A stretch of DNA of 59,057 nucleotides, the filler included. It is 8 parts of 8 records of this genome, joined end to end, with 100 filler letters (N's around TTAATTAATTAA, not from the genome) between each part and the next. Parts side by side here need not be neighbours in the genome. Positions count along the whole stretch, not along the records: positions 46,645 to 52,885 come from SRR31147125_175006; positions 52,986 to 59,057 come from SRR31147125_175171; 6 more parts are not named here. One strand, written 5' to 3'. Position 1 is the first letter of the stretch, and every line of letters begins with the position of its first letter. Shown here one piece after another: positions 51,416 to 59,057 of this stretch. The notes beneath the pieces are model-generated. The model saw only the letters and a program-made list of their open reading frames with translations. It made no database searches and had not been told where the DNA came from. Made by a program: the position numbers and the translations under genes.

Positions 51416-52753
51416 TCAAGCGGGGTCTGCATCCACCACCTTGATGGGGAAAAACCTGTCCCCTGTAAAAAATTCAGCCCTTCCGAATACGGCCTGGCCG
51501 GCCCAGGTCTGGATAATATAGGGCTTATGGGCAGGCAGGGAAATTGAAAAATGCCCGGTATCGTCCGTAACGGCGGTCCCTGCCCGCATATAGGTTTCAC
51601 CGTCGTGAATTTTGACCACCCGGCCGCTGCAGCCCTCTCCGGGTGTATAGATTCCGTTATTGTCCCTGTCAGCATAGACCAGGCCGTAAATCCTTGCCTT
51701 TCCCGGTGAGGAGGGCGCTCCCTGGCCTGCAATCAGAAGGCTTGAGGCATGGGCATTCAACTCTCCCGAAGCATAGGAAATTTTCAGCCCCGCATCATTG
51801 AACCCCGGACTCAGCATTACAGGCCCGCCGGCCTGACCTTTGGCCTCTTTTACCAGCAGGGAAGAAAAGACCCATGCGGCCACTGTATCCATATTGGTTT
51901 TGGGAAAAATCTCCAGGGATGACAATTTCCCGCTTATTCCGGAATATCCATAATTAAAGGCATGGACCTGGTAGACATCTGTTGCGGCAAACCCGGTCCC
52001 GGCGAAGGATTGAAGCACATTATGGATAAACAGGGGCTGATACGAACCCTGGTGCCAGCCAAGATTCAGGCTGGGGTAAAACGCCGTCACAGCGCCTGGA
52101 GCATGCCGCAGCTGGTTGGCCTGGTTCAGCACCTGGCGCTGTAGCTTAAGCACGGAAGACCCCATGGCAACTGCCAGATAATAGGCATGCCCCCTGCCGT
52201 CAGGACTGGGCCCGCCGGTCAGAGAAACGCCGGCCAGATCAAAATCAGGATTGAGCACACACTTCTGCCCTTCATAATCCCAGGCCAGTTCATTTTTAAA
52301 CTGATTGTCAATGATGACCCGGATACCATCCCTGGGGCTCATAAAATTTATAAAGGAGACAGCCCCTGTGACCAATCCCCTTCTGGCATGAAGATCCTGA
52401 TACCCGGGTTCCAGGGGAGAGATATCTGCGGCAGGATGATTTTCAATTACAGCCTCATGGGTCAGGAACGGTGTTGTTTCAACCCGGGGCAGGCCCTGGT
52501 CCACCACGGCTCCCAGCCAGGGCCGCCAGATCAGCAGGCCCTGGGGATCGTATCCCAGGTGCCGGGCATAGGAAAGCGGATCTTTACGGATCCAGTTGAT
52601 CAGCTCAATGGCAAAGAGCCCGGGATCTTCCTGGGCCCTGGCCGCAACCGGCCCGCCTGCCGAGGCCAAAAGCCCTGCAATGATCCAGCATATAAACATC
52701 TTATTCAGGTAAAACCGTTTCATGCCAGGGAACAGAAGCAAGGTGTGTGCCAA
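51416..52753 (-). CDS. Exported protein with degenerate CAP/SCP-like repeats and C-terminal SdrD-B-like domain
   Basis: ELINWIRKDP, VLNQANQLR, LNPDFDLAG and IYGLVYADRDNNGIYTPGEG motifs. Confidence 0.6.
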   Translation of the reverse strand: MAHTLLLFPGMKRFYLNKMFICWIIAGLLASAGGPVAARAQEDPGLFAIELINWIRKDPLSYARHLGYDPQGLLIWRPWLGAVVDQGLPRVETTPFLTHEAVIENHPAADISPLEPGYQDLHARRGLVTGAVSFINFMSPRDGIRVIIDNQFKNELAWDYEGQKCVLNPDFDLAGVSLTGGPSPDGRGHAYYLAVAMGSSVLKLQRQVLNQANQLRHAPGAVTAFYPSLNLGWHQGSYQPLFIHNVLQSFAGTGFAATDVYQVHAFNYGYSGISGKLSSLEIFPKTNMDTVAAWVFSSLLVKEAKGQAGGPVMLSPGFNDAGLKISYASGELNAHASSLLIAGQGAPSSPGKARIYGLVYADRDNNGIYTPGEGCSGRVVKIHDGETYMRAGTAVTDDTGHFSISLPAHKPYIIQTWAGQAVFGRAEFFTGDRFFPIKVVDADPA

Positions 52754-52985
52754 CGCTCAAAAGCCTTTATTTAAGGATTTTGTGATTTCCCGGTGTCCAG
52801 ATCTGACCGGATTTAGCCAGATCGGGCCAGTGGGTTCACCCCCAAATTTACCCTAACGTTGCAAACGTCTTGAATGTTTCAGCTTNNNNNNNNNNNNNNN
52901 NNNNNNNNNNNNNNNNNNNNNNNNNNNNNTTAATTAATTAANNNNNNNNNNNNNNNNNNNNNNNNNNNNNNNNNNNNNNNNNNNN

Positions 52986-54204
52986 TGTGTGTGTGTGTGT
53001 GTGTGTGTGCATACTCGACACAGAGAATACGTACCGATTCGAATTGTGTCATCAAGTTCACATTCCCATTGAAGAAGAAGGCGCTCATGAAGAGGGCCCT
53101 CGTCCCCTCGTCCACCCACCCATTGCCCTGGACACGTTACATGAGTATTCCATGTCTCTCCCGTGGTATACGCACTTCCAAACTTTCAATCGTTTCGGCC
53201 CACGCGTCCGCATCGTACTCAACGTCCACCACATATCCACCTGCGTCGTAAAAGTAACCCACCATACCCCAATCGACCTGACTCGGATTGCTGGTCGTGT
53301 AATACCATCTTACAGAGGTGTGAGCTATCATCATCACCCGACAGCTAGGTCCACGCAGCGTACAGAGGTGCGTCCTCTGGAAACGGGTCGCGGTCTTTGT
53401 TCGTTGATTCGTAGGGTGCGTAGCATCGATCACCCAAGAGTTCAGCATCGTCGAACCGTGGGTCTCGACTGCACCCCTTGCCACTCTGAACCCTCAACTG
53501 TCGAAATCGAATCATGCCAATGACCTATGCAGAGGCCGGGTGTCAAGACACGTCCGATTTCCTCGTCTCGCTCGCTCGCGAACGTAGTTACTGTTAAGGA
53601 CGGCCGCGACGTTCCCAACCGAGGTGCTACTGGTTGAATCGGGGTCTTTTGTATTCGGAAAGAGGCCGCGCGTGACGGGACCTCGGATCCACTGGGGATG
53701 TTGGTGGGGCGGGGGTCAGAAGAACAAAGAACGTTCCCGTGTCACGCCCGAACCTGAAAATACTCGTCCTGGTGTCGAAGGGACGTGAGTCAAACAGCTT
53801 ATGCTACACGTGTGCGGCACGTACAATCTGTCCAACGTCCCAGTAGGTCTTCTTGATGTGGGTGTCATTGTTGGAGAACTCCTCTTGCAAGAACAACTGG
53901 TCGAGACCATTGTGAACATAGAACGTCGTGTAGAGGGGTCGTCCCGTGAAGAACACAACCAGAAAGAGGGCCAGGAAGAGGTAGTACCTGGGCGTACACA
54001 CGGCCCCGTCTCAGGGCCAAGGGGGCCGACCCCACACGAGGGCCCTACGTACGTAAGAAGCTCACTAAGGAACCTACGCTTGACAATCTTGTGGTGAAGG
54101 TAGTCCAACATGTTCTGAATGTTGATGGGCCTGGCTTCGATGTTGGGGGCCTCTCCCAGAAAGACGCCCCCGCCCTCATCTGTGCCCTCTACGCGTCGAG
54201 ACAT
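52986..54204 (-). CDS. Polycystin-2 (PKD2/TRPP)-like cation channel, multi-exon, 3'-truncated
   Basis: Spliced product contains S1 (YYLFLALFLVVFF), NYVIGMIRFRQLRV..C, CYAPY, YDAGGYVV and WVDEGTRALFMSAFFFNGNVNL, matching the polycystin TOP domain. Confidence 0.85.
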
Positions 54205-54638
54205 CCTGCACCTACGAGTGGGAAGGAAAGCGGGGAGAGGGGAAGGAGAATCACACACAAACACAACATTGTTTGGTATACAGATCCTTTCCTATCGGCC
54301 TGCGGCCTGTTGTTGAAGAAGACGGATCCAGATTGTGTGAAGCGCAAGGGTAGGGGCACGTATGAGGAGTTCCGTGCCGTGAAACGCGATGCTGAACTCA
54401 GGAACACGTCCCATCCGATCCCTCACTGTGGAGCCAACCACAGGGATCACACACAAGGGAGTGGTACCGCCCTGCATATCCCATGATTGGGAGGGTTAGG
54501 GATCGGGTACCATCCATCCATCCATCCAATCAGGGCTCGCGCAAACCAACCTGCTTGAGCACACTCAATTCTCCAAGAAGCAACGAGCCAACACGACGCT
54601 TCCACCGACTGAAGACGGAATGGGATCGAATACGAAGA

Positions 54639-57600
54639 TCACCACGATGCTGGATCAGGAAAACGTGAGAAGCCAACCAACGGACAATACGAACAACCCT
54701 CCCTTACCTCGGACAGACTGGCAGCGGGATCTTCGTGGTCCTTTAGAATCTCCATACAGTGAACCTGTCCACTCTGATCTCCCACAAGAGCCAGTGTAAA
54801 CTTTCGTCCGGCTGTGCGAAGGGCGAGTGGAGTGTAATGAAGATCAAGGCGTGCCACTTGAGACCCATCTTGAATATTCCACACACGAAGCGAATGATCA
54901 TCCGAAGCAGTGATCGCCCGAGATCCGTCAAGTGTGAGAGCCACACCATTCACAGGACCATTGTGCCCCTGCAACACGGCAAGACACCGACCCGAACTCA
55001 CTTCCCACATGCGTGTTGTCCAATCACCCGAGGCCGACACAAAGTATCGGCCGTCCGGATCCTCGGCTAGATCGTGCACGGATGCCGTATGCCCTTGGAA
55101 GGAACGCAACTCCTTTCCACTTTTTAGGTTCCAGAGGTAGATTGAGCCATCATCTGCGCCGGACACGACGTGGGCATTGTCACGGGTGATTAGAAGCGCC
55201 CGGACGGGACAGGTGTGCCCTTTGAGGGTGTAGCACATCCATCCCGAGAGCGGCCAGACGTCGATCGTTCCATTTGCTAATCCGGCCACGAGTGTTGTGT
55301 TGTCCGCAGCAAGGTCCAAGGCCAGCAGAGCAGTTTTCCCTCCTGGGGTTTCGTGGACAAGACGCAACGATGGATACTCCATGAGACGTATGACTCCGTC
55401 AAGGGAACCCACAGCAAGCAAGGATCCATCGCGTGAGGGAACGACGCTCATAGCACCTGCGGAGACCCATTTCTTGTTGGACACGATAACTTGATGCGCC
55501 GTGGCCGTGAAATCGCCTGTGGTGGCCTGGCGAATGGCACCATCGAAGGATCCTGACAAGAAACAAAGATTGGGTGTGATGGCCACCGTTGCGATGGGAG
55601 CGTTTGTGTGTGTGTCTCCCCAACTGCACTCCCACAGCTTGATGGTTCCATCCCGCGAGGCGGAGAGAAGATGGGTTCCGTCCGGCATGACAATCGTAGA
55701 TGTAATTGCATCCGTGTGCCCCTCAAACTTGATCACCGTCTTGCCCGTCGCACTTTCCCACACACGTAGGGTCATGTCTCTCGGTCCACCGCCCGAGACG
55801 AGATACTTGCCGTCCATTGATACGGCAACGCTTTGAACAATGTCTCGGTGCCCTTCCATATGCAAGATCTTGCGTCCTGAGTTCACGGCACGAACCTTGA
55901 CGATGCGATCGCGTGATCCGGTGATGAGACGGCGCCCGTCGGATGAGAATTCCATGGTTTCCACGCCGTGTGCATAGCCATCGATCTTGTGCACCTCTTG
56001 CCCGGTTCGAGCATCCCACACGTGTAAGACGTCTCCAGCCGTTGCGCTAGCCAGGAGCCGTCCATCCGGGGAAAAGGCGATCGTCTTTACGGGACCATCG
56101 TGGTCCCGTATTGTGCGAATGCACTTGCCGGCGGCAACATCCCAGATGCGCACCGTTCCATCTGCAGAGGCTGATGCGACATAACGCCCACTGGGGCTTG
56201 AACGAAGACAGAGAACCTCTGCAGAATGACCCGAGAGGGTGCGGATCCACGTGCCCGATGCCAGGTCCCACACCCGAAGGTCGGTGTCCATGGAACCCGA
56301 CACGATACGTACGTTGGAATCTTCTAAGGCAAGGGTCACAGCCATGGTGGGCCCGCTGTGCCCCAGTAAGATGTGTCGCGTTGTTCCGGTTGGCAAGTGC
56401 CACACACGCACTGCTGAATCCTCACCCGCTGAAACAACGTGAACCCCATCAGATGTGACGGCAATGTCAAGAACAGGACAGCAGTGTCCCTCCAGGGTAC
56501 GACAGAGGAGTTGCGTATCGGTAGGAAGAAAGGGATGAAGCGGGCGAATCCAGTTGTAGGGTTTGTTTCGTGAAGCCTGTTCCAACAAGTCTCGTATCGG
56601 TTGTGTTGCACCCTTTCCTGTGGCCGGGAGACGACTGAGGAGTTGGGAGGCCAATTGATGGGGATCATTCCGAAGAATCGGGGCCATGTCCGTGAGCACA
56701 CTGACGAGAGTGGAGAGATCGCTTCCTCCTCGAGCATTTGTTCGGGGAGGTGTGCCCTGAATGTCGTCACCGAGCGCCAAGAGCACGTCTTGTTGGATAC
56801 CGTCGGTCCCTTGCCCGCGCAGACGCTGCTCCAGCCAGGCGAAGGAAAAGAGCAGGCGTGACACAATTTCATCACTTCGTTCAGCGGCTCGAAGGTGAGA
56901 GGTCAAGAAGCGCACAAGGTAGGGAGATACGATGCCGAGATCTGTTTCAAGCTCTTCCAGTCCAACATTCGCAAGACTGTCGTGTCCGAAACGGGGAGAG
57001 GGATGGATTCCCGTTTCCGTGATGGTACCCGAGGGAGAGGTGAGCCACATCACAACGGACTGATGCATGAGGATGTAATCTGGGTCTCCTGTTCCGGGTA
57101 CACGGCGCTCCCACAACAAGGGTTTCAGTAGGGAAAGAACGGAGGACGGGTCCTCGTGTGATGCAGCTGCAATCACGGACGTGGGGATGGGTGCTCGTGC
57201 CGCGAGGAGGATCTGAAGGATAGTTTGCACACCGTCTTTGTGTTCTTGGTCCCGGAAGTAGTGGGTGATGATCCATGTGAAGAGATTGTCCAGTCCCGCC
57301 GGAATTTCTTCCAACAGGGGAAGAACGTGTTTGACAGGGCCCATTGCCTCCATTTCCAAACACTTGAGTGCAATGACGCTGAAGAGGAAGTTGCCACTGG
57401 AAGGTGGAAGGATGCAGGCCCGAGCTCGAAGGGATTCCACAACGGTAGCGCCTCCACTACTGCCTGCATGCTTGACTGAATGGGACCACGATGCCAGGAC
57501 ACCCGGATCTTCCACACGGTGTGTGATGAATGCGCTCAAGTCTTTTTGTGCCCTTGGATGACTGTCGAGGTCCACAATGGCTGCAGAAGGAAGCGAATCC

Positions 57601-58568
57601 ACGATTCCACCACGTCCAGGGGCAGCTGACACAACAAGACGAATCCAAGGTGGTAGAAGAGTTGCGGCCACACGAACAACCTCGAGAATGCTGGCCACGG
57701 AGGTACCATGGAGTGTTGTGTCCCCTTCTTCGTCCAGTCCATCCACAACCAGAAGGAACGGAGCATCCAAGAGAGCGGGAGAACTGGGAGCACCACAACT
57801 TAATTGTGTGGCTCGACCTGATCCGCGTGTCGAGGGAGTTGAACTGCGATCGGATGCAACACGGGACGAGGAAGGACGTGAATCCGGACGGGTTCGAGGG
57901 CGAACGACGGGTGATGATGGTGTAGAGGGTGCCATTGTTCCCGATACCGTTCGTTTGAGAACGGGTGGAGCTGCCGGAGGGCGTGGGAGTGCACGAAGAA
58001 GAGAGATCACACCTCGTTCCAGAGCGTGTGCAGGTTGAGACAGGGGAGACTGCTGCAGGATTGCCTGTGCCTCCGGGTCACGGACAAGTGCACTTCGAAA
58101 GGCCGGAATCTTATCGGACAGCTGTGCTGCCATGGAACGAACAAAGACAGCGGGGTCGAGAGACCTTGCATCCACACTACAACAGAAATGATGAGCTATG
58201 ACAGCAGCCGATCGGGTAGCCAGATGCGCCAGAAAAGCGGACTTGCCCATCCCCCGTGACCCGCGCACGACAAATGTCGTCTCGGACGTAAGGGGATCTG
58301 TCGACCATGTATGCAACTCCTCGAGGAGCCAACTACGCCCAATGAACTGTTGGTTCCGAAGGTACTCGAGGGTCACCGAGTCATGGACGACCCGCAAGGA
58401 GGTCGGAAGGGGCGTCTAATGAAACCAGAAACCAGAAGCATTCGTGTCAATAAATACAGAACCTCAGCACAGCTCACCACCCACACCTCGTGTGGGTGGG
58501 TGGGTACGTACAGGCTTGTCGTGTCCGCCCATCCCAGACGTGTGTAGGGGAGAACCCTCGTGGGGCAT
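54639..58568 (-). CDS. NACHT/STAND NTPase-WD40 repeat protein (HET-E/NWD-like); exon 1 58512-58568, main exon from 58415; 3' end uncertain
   Basis: FIGRSWL, Walker A GSRGMGKS, HHFC, Walker B LVVDGLDE, GNFLF, more than 10 GH...WD-type repeats. Confidence 0.88.
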
Positions 58569-59057
58569 GAACTACTCCACTCCTACCACTGCCCTACTAC
58601 CACACTTCCCCGAGACAATGCACAAAGGGTTCGCGTCCTGGACACAAAATGGCAGCGGTTCCTATATTAGGAAGTGCCAATTGCCTTTTTGGGATGAGTG
58701 ATCGAGTTCATCATTCCCTTCCTCTTGATGCTTGTTGCGGTTCGTCTTCCCTTTTCAAGGCCCGAGGGTCCCTGGACCCAGGAGAAAGATGGTGTATGTA
58801 TTTATTCCACCTATCCACCTATCAAGAAATGCGATCGACCTCTTACGCCGTCTTGTTCCGACTAGCTTCTCCTTGACGCGGTCGCACGTGAACCTGCTCA
58901 AAGCATTGATTGTAAGAATGGACGATACACGCTTTCGTGAGACCAAACTCACCTCGTTCCAGGGGACAACGTGGCAAAAATGGTGGGAAGACCCGCTCAA
59001 GAGTGCGCACGTCGTACGACGTTGCTTCTACAGAATCGAACATCTCAACGGAATGGG

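Noticed and set aside
39800-59057. Alternative genetic code in the protist contigs
   Set aside because: The reconstructed exons have no in-frame TAA/TAG, and the complete genes end in TGA. Nothing requires recoding.
58690-59057. 3' exons of another minus-strand eukaryotic gene
   Set aside because: Splice-like signals are present, but no consistent frame or recognisable product could be established.

Overview
This window is not one locus. It is eight unrelated metagenomic contigs joined by artificial 100-nt spacers (N44-TTAATTAATTAA-N44), so neighbourhood inferences hold only within a contig. All taxon labels below are impressions from gene content and style, not database results. (1) 1-8201, spirochaete-like: outer-membrane proteins plus a tightly coupled operon of two SMR/EamA proteins, a GT2, an ATP-grasp ligase and a NitT/TauT ABC importer. 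(2) 8302-19166, Desulfobacterota-like: tatD-tcdA-thpR, a DMT, folA, and a LacI-regulated cluster (DEH-reductase-like SDR, TRAP transporter, second SDR, KdgF-like cupin) suggesting scavenging of alginate/pectin-derived uronates. (3) 19267-25500: SYLF protein, a rubredoxin missing from the ORF track that is coupled to a Cys-rich Rossmann protein, a GGDEF-EAL sensor, DeoR and GH31. (4) 25601-32147: FAD oxidoreductase, metzincin fusion, RidA and orphan membrane proteins. (5) 32248-39585: a cryptic decayed integron (intI remnant ending at a REP/MITE-like element, attI-like site, lipocalin cassette, non-canonical attC, aminotransferase cassette) beside a GntR/SDR/acyl-CoA ligase/TAXI-TRAP operon. 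(6) 39686-46544 and (8) 52986-59057, intron-rich protist DNA: CHMP2/Vps2 with a probable GC-AG intron, a tenascin-like EGF protein, a secreted Glu-rich protein, a PKD2-like channel with a 15-nt microexon, and a NACHT-WD40 protein. (7) 46645-52885: RTX/S-layer protein with TolC and a CAP/SdrD-like protein. Many split ORFs sit at homopolymer runs and are probably sequencing indels. The most promising candidates are the cryptic integron, the flippase-GT2-ATP-grasp-importer operon and the uronate-scavenging regulon.
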